Shown here piece by piece: positions 32,521-47,614 of a stretch of 64,000 bases of DNA. Both the position numbers and the translations under genes were made by a program. The stretch lies in contig OZ320321.1 in NCBI GenBank assembly GCA_976226885.1, forward strand, positions 2,046,001-2,110,000, in the 5' to 3' direction. The notes under the pieces are model-generated. The model was given only the letters and a program-made list of their open reading frames with translations, ran no database searches and was not told where the DNA came from. Every line of letters begins with the position of its first letter. Within the stretch, counting starts at the first letter, position 1. The stretch comes from Iphione sp. A-MEVVRFRX5. Taxonomy: Eukaryota.

Positions 32521-35500
32521 CACAATGACAGCAACAGTCCAATGCTTAATTTGTTCAAGCCACTATGAATGCACAGGCCTGAAAAGTACACTATGACGCA
32601 CTTAGTGACGATAATGACACAGGTAGATTTACTTACACCAAGAGCAACAGTCATTCACTGTGTTGCCTGCAGCCTTGTTTACTGGGATATGAATGCACAG
32701 GTCCACAGAGTTCATTGCCACACAATGTTTGCATAATCACAATATCATGGCACATGACATGCTGATTTTGATCTCGGTTCCCTTTTAGAAGCATGAAGTT
32801 GGCCCCTAACTTCCTTGTAGATTCTACTGGGGAACACATGTAGTTCATCCTTGGCCTTCTCACCTTGTGTGTGTGGAAATTCAACCATCTCTATCCCTCA
32901 GGAGGATGTGGTAGTTTAATTATCGTTTTTACTTTCCCTTTGAACAGTTTCACATCCCATCCTCATTGCCAGTTTTATATATTTGCAGATTTACTTTTGT
33001 AGGAACACAGAGAGAGACTCACGCCATGTTGGTAGCAAAACTGGAATTATTTATTTAGGCCTCGTAATGATACACCATACTCTACATCCTCCTCCAGTGA
33101 CAAGGCATGTCCTAGTTTCTAAAAGGGAGTACCAGCTTTTCTGTGGCTTATTTTGCCGATGTTTTATGACTTTGAGATGTACGTAGGATTTGGTAACCCA
33201 AACTTCCTTTTTTCCAGTAAAGGAGTTTTTCTTCATAAACTCTGTGCTCTATATTACATTATTGACAGCCGTTTTCTCTGTCATAAATGCCTTATTTCCT
33301 CCTCTAAGGTTAAACAAAACCTATGAATTATTTATAAAGCTCGGTTCCTAATAAATACGATTGCTCCAACTAATCATGTGTCTAGTAAATCAACGGTAAT
33401 GTACTCACAGTATTTTTAGCAAAACTCTCATTGAGAATCTTGGTAACAGCACCACAAGCTAGGGATAACAACAAGCCCAGGTTCCTCCTTTTATTAAGCT
33501 AATTATGACATGACACCAGAGAGAGCTCCAAGCACTTCATTGATGGAGCTGGCATTACCCACTCCTCTCTTCACTCTCTGTGGTATTCAGTCACACTGAG
33601 CTGCTCGGGGGGGGGGAGTTTTAAGTGATGCTATGACAACACCATGCTGAGGTTAGCTTACTATGATGTAAGCAACCCTCTTATCAGACCACATCCTATC
33701 TTGTATTCAGGCATACAAGTTAGAGAAAAGATAACATGATAACAAGTACTTGACAGCAAGAATACAAGTGCCGATTTAAGACAACTACTTACTAAAACAC
33801 TGTTAATAGATTCCTCCCTACTAATCACCTGCAGCCTGTACACAAATATAACTCAAGCATCACATTATCGGCGGCTGTGATTGCATGAAAATATACATTA
33901 GTCTCTATCTAATTGAAATATCCATCCTACTTACTGAATTCTGTATTGAGCAGACATAAAACGTGTTAAGAGATGTACATGTACATGTATACGTATCAAC
34001 ATTCGGAAAGAAAATCTAATAAATACTCGCAATTAAAGGCAAAGTCAGAGCCTGCTCTGGATGTGCAAGAAGCAGGTAGTAATCTCACAGGGGTAGCTTT
34101 GAAATGATTTATGTATTTTTATGTTAAGTATACAGTTTCCTATGCTTTGCTGGTTGCAATGAAAAGTGTAACATATAATTCATTAGATATTTGTGCAGAC
34201 TAGCTAGAACACAGAAAGATAATTTACTGTGTTGAGAGTATAGCATATCGTTTTAATTATGTTAAGTGAGAGCCTCTCTCAGTGTTAAGGTGCTGAATAA
34301 AAGATTTATTGATTTGCTCATGTTTCTTGAGAGTGTACATGTAGGAATATTGTTATTGTGACTACTGAGTTGTGATGTGATGTCATATGCCCATTAACAG
34401 ATGCAATGAATTTAGTGGTATAGTTATAGGAAATTGCCATCATTTAATAACTTTTCCAGGGTAGTACTATTATGTGTTTTGGTGACATGACAGAATGTCT
34501 GGGCAGTGTCTTGGGAAGTATTGGCTTTCCAACTGTGAAGTTAAATAAATACAATCACAAAGACATAATGAACCAGATGTTTAGAGGTTTATAATGAGGA
34601 GTTGCTTGCATCCTCCTTGGACTTGTCACTATGACTGTGTCACATCTTCAGAAATAAACCAAGGCTGAACAAAGAACCTACTAGTGCGGTGAACTCATTC
34701 GCTGTAGTGTTACATACTGTTTTGCTTGTGTATGCATTTTTTTTATAGTTTAAGTGTATGGGCTGAGGCTGAGAGAGGGAACAAACTTTACTGTATGTCA
34801 ATGGGATTCTGTCTGTTATCATGAATAAACAACGTGACACTTTGTCCGCCCCTAATATCTGCCATTCGGAGCCATGTTGATTTGTACCCAGATGCTTGAG
34901 GAAACCTTTCTAACATGTGAAGTATATTTGATGTCTGCACTGTATCAGATTATGCTTTGTAGTTTGTGATCTTTATTAATACAGGACAGTTAATGAAGCC
35001 GGCAGAACACAATACATCATCCAGTTATATTCAAATCCTCAGACTAAACACTGACGTACAGGTCATGTTTCTGTTCATGAATCCTCCCAGAATGCAGCTC
35101 CTTTATAACCAAGTTGCCATTTTGTTAAACTTTCTGTCCTGAGGGCACATTTTACAATCCTATTTTGACAAGACTTGATCAAGAAGGACAGGTAAGTACA
35201 AATATATTATAGTTCTACAGAAACAAATGAATGTGATTAGGTGTGCATAATAGCTATACCTGTAAATAACCTATTCATAGCTTACAGGTGAATGTGAGTA
35301 GGTGTGAATAATAGCTATACCTGTTCATCACCCCTCCCATGGAGCTAGTTCTTGACACTTCACAGAGATTCCAATGGGGAATCTCCACACAACAAAGAAT
35401 CAGAGGGAGGCACTTTATCAGACGTGAGTTTCATGAAATTAGTCGCAAGATCTGACTAATTATCTTCTCAGTTTGGTGAGCCCCTGGAACACAAGGCTCC

Positions 35501-36249
35501 AAGGAAGTCAGTACAGTAGGACTTCCCTTTGTGGACACCAAAATGTTTCCTATAGTTAAGCATTGTAAGAGGACCTCCCTAATCACATATCCTCAGCATG
35601 CCCGTGTATGCATTGAGGGTGGCGGGGAGTGCAAAATTTATCTGTTGCCAGCTTCCCTCTTGAAACCTGGCCTCTTTCAACATGTGAGCCCAGGTGATCT
35701 CATTCATGCAGGGTAGGCCACACCATTCCTAATTAGGTGGCTGAGGACGGGCCTTCCACAAAGCACTAATGGGGTCACACTGATAGTCGCCATAGTCACA
35801 CTGCTCCACAAGGTCAACAATCGCAGGATGAGGAACAGAGGAAAGGTCACCCGAACTAATCAGTCAGCAGAAAGGTCAACACGAGAATCGCCACCACCAT
35901 CCTGAGTTGAGGGAATGCTGCGGCCCACCGAAAGCAGCCGACAGGACTCAAATGGGGGGGGGGTCATTAGCAGCTAGTAAAGCCAAAAACATCAGTATGT
36001 CAGAGGCCTCAGTGCTCAGTAGACCCCCAGTCATCGCCAATGGAAACCCCGTGACAAAGCACCCCATGGTATCTGAGGTCACGTAGCGAGGTCACATCCG
36101 CCCCAGGAGGATATGACCTTTCTGACCTAACGGAAAACCTCAGTACCCCTCTCTCAGTGGCTAATGCCTTGGTAGAGCAAAAGAGCAAAGGTGCTTTGTC
36201 AACTAAGGCTAGTGCCCTCAATGATGTGCAGATACAACACATACACCTT

Positions 36250-36565
36250 CCATGACTGACGACCAGACCCTTACTGCTCATAGAGGCTTATACTGTACAC
36301 TTTACATTAAAGCACAGCTAATTCCATGACTAACGAGCAGACCCTTACTGCTCATAACGGCTTATACTGTACACTTTACATTAAAGCACAGCTAATTCCA
36401 TGACTGACGAGCAGACCCTTACTGCTCGTAACGGCTTATACTGTACACTTTACATTAAAGCACAGCTAATTCCATGACTAACGAGCAGACCCTTACTGCT
36501 CGTAAAGGCTTATACTTGCTTTCTAATAACTGTACAGTTTACATTAAAGCACAGCTTATTCCATG
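36250..36565. repeat. Tandem repeat, 74-bp unit, about 4 copies
   Basis: tttacattaaagcacagctaattccatgac recurs at 74-bp spacing. Confidence 0.9.
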
Positions 36566-37349
36566 ACTGTGTTACATCCGTCCAATCCTCGGGAGATTTG
36601 TACCAAGCAAATAAGTGAAACAGAGTGGTACAAAGGTCTACATAAAGGTCTGCATAGGCATTACAACTAAATGAGAGTCGCACGAATCGAGGGGACATAA
36701 AGCAGACCAGGGAAATCATTGGGGAGAGGAAGAAATAGGTACATGTACAACAGAACACCCAAGGATTTCCCCAGTGCTATCCCTGAAGATGGTGGAGAGA
36801 TAGAAAACGGTATGACTGAATTATAACTCCACCAATATTCACAGTATTATTCCACCTTATAAGTGTCTTAACTCCCTTAACTCAGGAATTCAGTCAACAC
36901 ATTGAATACAGATAGTAACATCATTAGACTATAGTGACCACTTTAGGACCACAGAAACAAGCACATCATATAAGATTATGTACACTATGCAGTGAGGAAG
37001 AGATCTTCTCCCTGGTGCATCATCCTGTATTCCAGGGGAACTTAGTGGAGCCATTACTGGCACCAACTCTGTTCAGGCGGTGGGACTGGCTGGATGAATA
37101 CCTCACACTGTTGGCAACCCCCACTGTTAAATCTCACGGCACACGCAGGCACGACGCATGCGGGTTCAGGGAGGAGAGGAATGGCCTGGACCTGTAGACT
37201 TCCCTAAGAATGATAGATAGGCCTAGTTGAATCCTGCGAGCTGGACTCGGTGGTGGTCAGGGGACTCCCTGAACTGATGGTAACTGGGGCAGACCCTGAT
37301 TATGTTAGGGGGGTTCCAGACGGACACTGTTCACAACCCATCGTCCGCT

Positions 37350-38800
37350 TCCACCAACCCCTCCACATAAACAACAATAACAGCATGTGATCAAAGTATT
37401 GACTGAACTGACAGCTCTCAGCACGCAGCTGAGAGTAGAGGTCCAATCCATAGATTCTGCACCATGTGGTCATATAAGTTCCATTCACTGAGCAACCCTC
37501 GTCTTATTTATGTCAACAAGGTCGGTTAAGGGTTGATGAGCAGCAGTTTTGTTTGGTGCAGCAGGTAGTTCCGGAGTCCATTCTAACACATCATCTACTG
37601 CTTAGGTGGTATAACAAGGGGGTCCCATTCAACTTTACATTCACTCTTTAGCACTGAATATCTCATCATGGCTGTGCCCCTGATCCAATATCAGGGTCCT
37701 CCATTCCGACCTCTTCACCCCCTTGAAGGATCTCGGTGGTTGTTCTGCAGTTCATGAATCTCGTTCTGCCATTCCTGTCCAAACAGTTCGGTTAACGGTT
37801 CCGCTATATCATCTGTGGACAAAAAAAACCATCTGGCCTGATCACATGCTCCAAATACTGTGACTGTGGACAATAAAAATCACACATGCTCATTTTCGGT
37901 TTAAGGCCTGCTTATATAATCTGTGAAACACCATTTAGATATGGTATACATGCATTTTTTGTTGGATGACCACACCAGAATATAATCAATATACAAAGTG
38001 TATATGTACCATTGATATCATCCAGCACCCTTGCCATTAGCTCACAAAACACACTGGGAGCATTACACAGTACGAAGGGCATAAGATTGAACCCGAATAA
38101 CCTCACATGGCAGCCAAAACAGTCATAGGCCTAGATTCATTATCTATGGGGACTTGATAATATCCACTCCTTAAGTCTAACGTGGAAAAACATGTACTCC
38201 CCCCAAGTCGAGCTGTTGGTGTGTACCAAATTTTGTATCTTCTCTTCTACCACTGATTGTCAGGATGATAGGGTTCGATATGGCTTCTAAGTAATAGGCT
38301 CATTGTCTCTGGTATCACTTTCCATTATTACCTGATGGGTTCTGCCTTATTCCACATCCAAAGTGAGCAGATCCTTGATGTGCTCTCACAGTTCCTCGAG
38401 ACTGTTTACAGCCTCAGGAATCATCCGGGCTGGTACCTGCTAGCTGATCTGTACAAGGACCAGCTCCTGCACTTGTCCATCCTCCATAAACTCAATGTCA
38501 GATATGACAGTTTCTGCGCTGACCATTATAGTTCTAGTGGTTGGTTGGTATCCATCTGTCTCGGGAGACAATGGTGGGGTTGCGCCTTGGCTAGTCTGTA
38601 TGGCAGTGCCTGGTGTGGCTGTGCAGGCCTATTTTTGCAGTGAATGCAGACAAAGCCTGCAACTGTCTCTGTTACCCTTGATTGCACTCTCTGTTGTCTG
38701 CACTCTCTCTTTACTTTCCAATTGTCTCTTCTTTTCCTCTCACTCAGCTTAACACTGGTCTAAACAACATATCTGCACGCATTGCGATCAGCAGCTGGAG
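37350..38800 (-). mobile_element. Second decayed Ty3/Gypsy pol remnant (RT region)
   Basis: STLDLRSGYYQVP and LFGFNLMPFVLCNAPSVFCELMARVL, followed by a degenerate YLDD region; many stops and frameshifts. Confidence 0.75.
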
Positions 38801-39269
38801 TTTCGAGGTCAGCTGGGAGGATGTTAGCCCCTGGACATAACTAACTTTCTCAAAGGTGCTGGTTTGTAACTATACAGTGTATTGAAGTGAAATGTGATTT
38901 TTCGTTGATCTGTGATATAAATTGCTGTATGAAGATTCAATTACAGCAGTAATTTATTTTGGTGTTGTTGTGAACTACTCTAAGACATTGTTTGACAATT
39001 GTATTTAACCACCGGAACTATTCCAGACATTACTATCAGATTGTTTTTTTCTCTGGGAGAGCACCCACACCACTCATTCACATTTATTTGTATTGTGCAA
39101 CATTTTTATTTGATACTTCTTATTCTGTTAGCTTGTATGTGGTGTAGACCTGTCATAAAGATTGTGTTAGTGCAATTAAAAATAGTTACTGTAGAGTGAA
39201 TCAATTTCAATGCCGGCCTAACAGGCATCTTTACTTGCTACAGCAGGAAGGGTCTCTTGCATTGTTTGA

Positions 39270-41800
39270 AACTTTGCTATGGTGTGCACTTGTTTCTAAT
39301 CAATGGGAACCTAGCAGTGAGCGGGTTGAAAATAGTGACTTACAATATTTGAAGAAGTCTAGGAAAAAAGTAGATGAATTGAGGGGCGCCTTCAATCTAA
39401 CGATGTCGACATCTGCTGTGTGACTGAAACATGGCTCAATGACACGTACAGTGACTCGGAAGTGAGTATTGAGGGGTCTCATATAGCTAGACTTGATAGG
39501 GCAGTGGGTGGTAAGAAAAAAGGTGGTGGTTTATTAGTGTACTACAGGGACTTTTTCATGTGGAGAGCTTTTGCTGTGAAATGATAGGGGTCAGATTAAA
39601 ACTTGGAAATCAAAGACCTCTTGAGTTACTGGTAGTGTATTGACCACCGCATGACAAAGTCGCTGACTTGATATCAGCAATTTCAAGGGCAATGCACTCT
39701 TTCTACCGTAAGAGAAGGGTGGACAGGATACTGTTAGGCAATCTGAACTATGACTGCAGTGGTGACAGTAGAGGAGGAGTGATGATAACGCACCTATTGG
39801 TAAGAAAAGGGTCTACAGCAGCTAGTCAGTGAGTCAACAATGCTGGCTAATGCACACATTCTTGACCAAATTTGGATCGATAATGCAGAAGTTGAGAGTA
39901 TGTTCCACCTGGAACCACAGGCCGGTGCGAGTAATCTTGAAACATGGGGTTAGGAAGAGTTTGTCTGAAAAAGTCAGGGTGAGAAGATGGAGTAGGGTAG
40001 ATGTTGATGAACTAGTGGGAAGCCTAGAACAGGATCAGCTACTCAAAAGGGATGGTGACCATGAGGAAAGATGGAATAGCTTTGAAGAACAAGTCTCAAG
40101 AACAAGTAACACATAAGATGCCCCGAAGTTGTAATGGAGCTAAAAAAGAGAGAGGGGGGGTTTTATGCCTAGTGAGGGCTTGGTAGAGCTGATGAGGGAT
40201 AGGGCTTATTTCTTCAAGACATATATGAGAGAGGCTTGTATAGACAACGAATATATAAATTCTTTGACAGGCAGATCAGGAAGGTAGTAAGAGTGGAAAA
40301 GACATCGAATTGGGATTGGAAGGTGAGGTCTACTGGTAAGAGAACTAGTGACCTCTGGAGAATAATTGATGATCTTTTGGGTCAATCTAAGAGGATTGTG
40401 CAACTGCTGAATGAGGAGGAGATCCTAGCCAAAACAAGGGTGAGTCTGTTCAACTCATTCAATGAGTTTTTTGTGGAGAAGGTGTGGGACCGCGATGCAG
40501 ATGGAGGGTAGGGAACACCTTTGAAGTATCTCCCCCAACTCCATGCAAGGTAAGCTGAGATAGTGTCAAAACTGGACAAGAAGAAGGCATCAGGGATAGA
40601 GGGCATTCCGACGAAGATTCTTCAGAAAGTACTGCTTAGGGCTCCTTAGTTTGTAGCATGGATCTTTAGTGAGATCCTAAGAACCGGTGTCTATCCCTCA
40701 AGATGGAAAATAGCTAGGATCACTCTGATTTATAAGAGGGGGGACCAAAATGATCTAAATAACTACAGGCCTGTATCAAAACCAAGGCTTTTGACCTGGT
40801 TAGGTATGAGACTGTTCTGGAGAACCTGAAGAGGATGAGTGTAGGGCCAAAAACAAGGCTGCTCATGTCAAGCTGTCTTCAAGGGAGGAAGCAGTATGTG
40901 AGGTGTGGAAGTGGTGAATCAGAGTTACTCCCACTAAGTTGGGGTGTACCATTGTGGGTCCCAACACATTGAATGTGGTGATAGACAGGATTATCAGGGG
41001 ACTGCCTGAAGGCGCAATCCCAATGTTGTATGCGGACAATCTGACAGTGGTCTCTAGTGGGAGGGACCTTCTGAGACCCGGAGTGGAATACATCAAGGTG
41101 ATTTAGGCTGTGACTAAGTGGTGCAGCAGTGGGGGACTACTTGTGAGTGAGGGTAAATGTGTAGCGATGCCTCTGGGAAAGGGCTAGTGGTATTGACCTC
41201 GATCTGCAAATCAAGGGAATGAAACTGAAATGTGCGCTGCATGCAAACTATTGGGAAATACCATAGACAGTTCAATGAATTGCCGAAGCTGTGTTAAGGC
41301 TACCCAGAAAGCCACGTGGACATTAGTGGTAAAATTAGGGAGGATAAAGTGTTCAATCCCAATGCTTGTAAGACTAATGATCTTTGATGCAATGGTACTG
41401 TCTTATTTAAGGTACAATGCCGTGGGATTGTATGGCTTGACAGAATCCGGGCATAGTAAGCTTCAAATTACACAAAACAGGTGTGCTTGTGCTGCACTAC
41501 AATGTGGTAGCTTCCTTAGTGCAAGAAAGCAGTGGCAGGAACTAGGAATAAGAAGGGTGAAAACAAGGCTTGAAGTGAGAACTCTACAAGTTGTACACCG
41601 GCTAGTCGACCTGGGCATCTTACCAAAGAAGGGAAGGACAGCCATCAGGGGAGAGGCAGGAAGAAGACTAAGGATGGTGAAGCCTAGATCTAGCAGGTAT
41701 GCCTACTCTGTGAGCTTCAAGGGATTTGGGAACTGGAACCAGCTACCAGAGGAGATCAGGGGATGGGAAGAGCTCCCAGTGTGAAGCTACTGATGCGGTA
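39270..41800 (+). mobile_element. Decayed CR1/L2-type LINE ORF2 (endonuclease to C-terminus, internally deleted)
   Basis: KVDELR, TETWLN, ARLDR..KKGGG; [35 protein letters not shown]-terminal ORF 41230..41784. Confidence 0.85.
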
Positions 41801-42778
41801 TGTCAAGGCATACAGGACAGGGGAGGGAAGTTAACGGCAAGAATAGGGTGGCCAATGTAGAGGTGGGTAAACAGGGACATGGAGGTTGGGGGAGGGTACC
41901 TAACCGCGAGTGAGGGAACCTTATTTTGAAGGGATGAATCACCTTAGTTTGGTTAAATCAGCTGTCAGGCTAACACTGGACTGATGCACTGATGACAAGG
42001 GAAGAGGGTTTGTGAACACTGCATCTACAGTATTTCTGTATATGTTTTTCTTTTATGATGGGCTTTGTGTACTACAACTTCTCGCCCCTGAGTCAAGGTG
42101 GCAAACATTTTTCCTGGAATATTTGACTTAGGTGTCTACTCAGCACATTCTGTGACAATCCTGTTTCATTATATCCTATAAGTGACAAAGCCAAACATGT
42201 GTTCTTCTGTTGTATCTTACCATATGATGGAAGAATATTAGGAAAACTAGTGCCCACACTGCTATGTTGTGGCATTGTCTACATTTAACACAGTTATAAT
42301 GTTCATTACAGGGTCAAGTTTTGTCATGTTTATGTAACTGAAGTAACAGAGTACCAAAGAGTTTAAAACAAGGACTATGTTGTAGTATGACAGTGCTACT
42401 GTACTTCCTACTATTTGAGGTAGGCGTAATGCTCATCTATTTGGCGTGCTGACTGGTGAAACTCAATGATGTATCCTAGTAAAGATAATTTCTTCTTGTG
42501 CTTTGTCAATCGTTGCACTTCGAGTGCAAAATTGCATTGTATTTCGTACTATGGATATTTGCCCTTCATGATGCTGCATGATGTGATATTGTACATATGT
42601 TATACTGTTATTATGATCAGGACATGGGCCATGTTGTCATGATTTATGTAACTCAAGCAATTTAGCTACAAAAGGAACTAACAACAGGAACTTGCTGTCA
42701 TACGAAGGAGCACTGGTATTTTGTATTCTTTGAGAATCACTTTACATCATTAGTTAACACACGTTATACAGGGGAGTC

Positions 42779-44068
42779 TTAATTTCCAATCTATGCAATA
42801 CCGAGTCCAAAATGGCCATTCTGACCATTTGACCTCGGAACCAAAATAATTTCAATATATGACCTATATGATTGATCATTGATTACCAACCAAATCAATT
42901 TGTGACCATTTTCACCTTCTGACCAATCGATAAAGGTTCAATATAGGTATATTTTACTATCAATCACCTACCAAGTGACTTCTCTGATGAGCTCGCACCT
43001 TGGAGGGGGTGGCAAGAGAGGTCGGAGACGTCAACCACGACTTCTCTGTCGACCTCTCACCCCGGAGAGGGTGGCGGGAGAGGGTGGTAGTCTCCCCAGT
43101 GACTTCTCTGACGAGCTTGGGTATGGAGATGGTCTTCCTCCCTCCACATGCAACTTCAAGACTGCAGCCCCTGGATCAAGGCATCATCCAGAATCTCAAG
43201 ACCATCTACAAGAAGCTCCTCAGTTATTTCCTCCAGGAGGCTAACTCTATGGATGGTCCCATAGATCTTCAGTCCCTGATGAAGTCAGTGGATCTGCACC
43301 GGGTGGTCTACTGGGTGAGGGACTCTCTCCAACAGGTGAAAGCTGAGACAGTCAGGAAATGTTTCCTCAGAGCTGTGGTGAAGCTTCCTGATGAGCCCTG
43401 TCCAGTGGAGGAGCAAGAAGATGACATCCCACTGGCACAGCTAGTGAGGACGGCACAGAGAGTCCTCCCTGTGGTGGGTCCTTGTCTACCATATGACTAT
43501 TGTGGGATGGATGCAGAACTCCCAGCCCACAACCAGGATGTGGACTCTGACTTGCTGCCCAGGAAAGATCAAGAAGAAGATGAAAAAGAGGAAGAAGACA
43601 CATCACCACCTGCAATCTCCCATGTATAGGCAATGGAAACGATATAACAGCTGAGGCATCACTTCCTCCACCATGGTGCCAACACCCCCCTGAAAACCCT
43701 ATTGGCAACAATGAACTCATTTGGGAAACATCTCCAGCAGTCCAAGAAGAAACAGGCCACTATTGATTCTTTTTTTAAGCCACAGTGATTTTTAAAGATT
43801 TACATGTATTCCATTTATTCATACATACCATGTACATACCATGTATTGATTTATTTATCTAATTTATATGCTTGAATAAATGAACACTTCAGTCTGAATT
43901 ATTTCATTTTAATTTTGTTTTAATGTTTTTTTTAGTTTTTTCTTTATTGAACCTTTAATATTGATTATTGATCACTTATCCAATTGATTTCTGTATTTCC
44001 GACCATTCCCGCCAATCTGACCATTTTGGGTCGGACCCAACCACTGGTCGTAAATCGAGACTCTACTG
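42779..44068 (+). mobile_element. Internally deleted Tigger/pogo-type (Tc1/mariner superfamily) DNA transposon with diverged TIRs and TA TSD
   Basis: Left TA|CAGGGGAGTCTTAATTTCC and right reverse complement TA|CAGTAGAGTCTCGATTTAC. DDE_1 motif FLPPHATSRLQPLDQGIIQNLK...VRKCF in ORF 43000..43629. Confidence 0.85.
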
Positions 44069-44070
44069 TA

Positions 44071-44182
44071 TTTTGTATAACAGATATTCCCTGCTTTGTA
44101 CATGTATTCTCGTTTGTTTGTCCTATACTGCTTTTGTCAAACCAAAATCGAGACTGGTTAATAAAAATCTGAAATCTGAAAA
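44071..44182 (+). mobile_element. Probable 3' tail of a CR1/L2-type LINE
   Basis: AATAAA followed by (atctgaa)2. Confidence 0.35.
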
Positions 44183-44189
44183 ACAAAAT

Positions 44190-45260
44190 TTTCCCATAAA
44201 TACAGCTGCTGGTAGTGTTCTGCCCATCTCTCCATCTGCCTGCTATGGTCTCTTATGATTTCCCCAGAGGGAGACCTTAGAGGTGCAATCTTAATGACAA
44301 TTGGACTGAATGCTTTCTTCATGCCCTTGTATATGGCACACATATTCCCACAATCAGCAGATAGCTGGATGCTCTGGCATAGTTTCAGCCAGTAGTTATT
44401 GGCACATTTCCTAGCAATCCTCTGGACGTTGTTTCTGGCCATCCTGAGTATAGTTAGTGTTTTCTCTGTAGGTTCCCTCTTATAGTCTAATAGTGCTGTG
44501 CATTTTGCTGTAATAGCTGGCTTGAGTTCTGTGATCCCTGCCTTAAACCAGTCTTGTTTCCTCCTCTCCTGCTTGCCAAATGTGTCCATGGCAGAGTTGA
44601 AGATAGCCTTGCAGATGTGTCCCAATCTCTCCTCTGTATTACTGGTTAGGCAAACCTTGAGGGCCTCTTGGATGGTTTTTCTGAAGCTTGATTGGAGATC
44701 TGGTGCAGAGATCATGGCAGTATTGATGCATGGCTGCCCTTTCTACTTGGAGGTGTGGATCCACTTTGGCTGAAGTTGCACTTTTGTCCCAACCAGTGAG
44801 TGATCAGTGTCACAGTTGGAGCTGTGGTAGCTGCAGGCTATGCGTACACAGCTCAGTGAGCTTCTCCTGGTGATGATGAGGTCCAGCTGGTGCCAGTGAC
44901 GGGATCTGGGATGATGCCAGGACACTCTATGGATGGGTTTTATCTTGAAGAAGGTGTTTGTAATGCACAGATCATGATATGAGCACAATTCCATTAGTCT
45001 CTGTCCATTTTCATTCAGCTTGCCAATACCAAAGTGGCCGACACAGTGGGGCCAAGAGACATGGTCAGTTCCAATCCAGGCATTGAATTCCCAATCAAGC
45101 ATCTACATTCTAGCTGGGATTGCCTTGTGGTTGTATTCATCAATATTACAGGAATACCATCACCTTTTATGCCGCTAAGGCAGTTCACCACAAGCACCTC
45201 CAGCTCATTAGCCAGAGCTCCTTTTGGGGAACCCTTTACTATCATGAATCACCCTTGGTA
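44190..45260 (-). mobile_element. Decayed RTE-clade LINE fragment (endonuclease and linker)
   Basis: FNAWIG...GIGKLNENGQRLMELC...TNTFF...WHHPRSRHWHQLDLII...TDHSLV, then RWAEHYQQL. Confidence 0.88.
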
Positions 45261-46351
45261 CTTACCCCTAACTTACATAGCCAAACAATCATTCAGGGAC
45301 CCTGACTATAGCATCTATCATTTGCCTCACTAACCTCTAAGGAATCGTGAGGTCTCCACACTCTTTGGCTTTCTAGGGAGGTTTGGGCTGATGAGAGGCT
45401 GAGAAGTATGGATGCTATTGCTCTGAATGTAGCTGTCCGATGAAAAGGGTTAACAAACTGCCTCAACTATTCGGGTAAATGTTAAGTGACATTAATTAAG
45501 CTGATGAGACAACGCGGAAAAATTGTTTGTTTTGTTTATTTTCAACAGAACCTGGCTAGAATGGTTTAGCCATCGGCAGACACATTACATTACACCAACA
45601 GTAACCTTTGCATTCAAATATCAGAAGCGGTCAGAAAGGATTGTGCATTGTTAAATGTTGCCATTTAACAATAATCAATTTAATACCTTACTGCAAATCA
45701 GAAGTGGTGTATGTTACCCACTATTAGCAATGTATGACGAGGGAAGCGAGCTGTTGTGTCTGTTCTGGAGAGGATCCGCATATAGATTGACACAGAGTTA
45801 ACTATCATCCAGTGGAGGCGCCTGCCTCCATACTTGTGTACCTTAAGCTTCATTCATGTCGCCCTTTACATTACACGTAGACACGTAGTGATCCTGCTTC
45901 ACATCTTACTCATGGGAGAAGAAAAACAAGTCACAATAAAAGTCTGTTTATCGGAGAGAAACTGGTTCGGAAATAACATATTTTCATGTACTGAGTGTGA
46001 AGAAATTAAGTCCTGACTGTATCCTGTCACTCTGCTGCGCTTTTGTGGTAGTTTAAAACTGGAACATATAGGTTAGTGCCTGGTTTCTGCAGTGTGGTGA
46101 TCTAAGGTTGGAACATATTGGTTAGTGTGCGATTTGTGCATAGTGTGGTGATTTAAGCCTGGACCCTAGTGATTAGTGTGTGGTTTGTGCATAGTCTGGT
46201 AATTTACGACTGGAACCATCATGTAGTGCATTGTGTGGTGATTTAACCTTTCATGGATTGTTAATAATAAAAACAGATATATGACAGATGCTTGAATTCC
46301 ACAGGCCAGGGCACCCATTGGTTACGTGTACTATCAAACCAGAGAAGAAAA

Positions 46352-46645
46352 ACATGACAATGTTACATAGGGTGGCTGCAGAGGTAAAACATGACAATGT
46401 TACATGGGGTCGCTGCACGTAAAAAAATGACAATGTTACATAGGGTGGCTGCACAGGTAAACACATGACAATATTACATGGGGTCGCTGCACAGGTAAAA
46501 ACATGACAATATTACATGGGGTTGCTGCACAGGTAAAAACATGACAATGTTACATAGGGTGGCTGCACAGGTAAAAACATGACAATGTTACATGGGGTCG
46601 CTGCACTGGTAAAAACATGACAATGTTACATGGGGTCGCCGCTCA
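46352..46645. repeat. Minisatellite, about 38-bp unit
   Basis: acatgacaatgttacatggggtcgctgcacaggtaaaa. Confidence 0.9.
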
Positions 46646-47614
46646 GGTTCTATTTTGGAAAAGCCATTAGTTTATCAAAGAGTAGCAGTCACAGCATCCA
46701 TCAGGACCTCACATATTTACAAAATATTCACAGATAAATATCTCATAAATTCATTTACAATTATGAACGGTCAAATTCAAATCTAGTAAAGAAATATTAC
46801 ACCGTTTGACTTCATGTTGTTATCAGGACTCATTTCCAGAAAAAAACATGAATAGCATAACACATGGTGTCTGGTGGTCTGCAGACATGATATAATACTA
46901 TCTAATTAGTACACCCTTTTCTATAAGTGGGAATATTCTATCACTGTTTCTCATAACAACCGTGACGAAAAGCAGAGCTTCTTTCATTAGAAGCCATTCC
47001 TCGCAAGTATTACTAATCAATCATAATATTATATTTGTGTAATATCCCATAATGCTTGAGAACTGTATACATAATGTCAATGCTGATGCATTCATCTGGG
47101 ATGAAATGTTTAATCTAACAGATCATCTTGAAATCAAAATTTTGTATTAAAATACTGACAATCAGTTCCTGAACACGTTTTCGATGAAGACTTGTCTCTA
47201 CAAATATGATTTAACCCTGCTTCAGAAATATTTTTTGCAAATTATTGTAAAATGTCTGGTATTTTCATGTGCAGTATGGTCTTTTCTGCCTTTCGTGGTT
47301 ACCCTGAGAACACAAATATATAAAACAAAACAGTATCAACAGAAAGTAGGATTTCTTGGCTTTTAAGTATTGCACAGGTTACCCAGGTTCAGAGCTAACT
47401 CAAGGCAGAGGAGTAATTTCTAGCTTTAGTCTCTTCAGTATGAAATCCCCTTGACCAGCCGTTACAGAGTTAAGACTAGACCTATGGGTTAGTGCATGGT
47501 TTGGTGGTTCACATCTGTAACCTACTGCTCGACGTGGCAATGTCTTCACCCAGTGATGCGACCGTAAAAAAAAACATCAAAACTGTAACCTACAGGTTAT
47601 TCTGTGGTGTAGCT

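Noticed and set aside
36780-36815. ctgaagatgg...gaaaac as a fourth hammerhead
   Set aside because: Stem II cannot pair.
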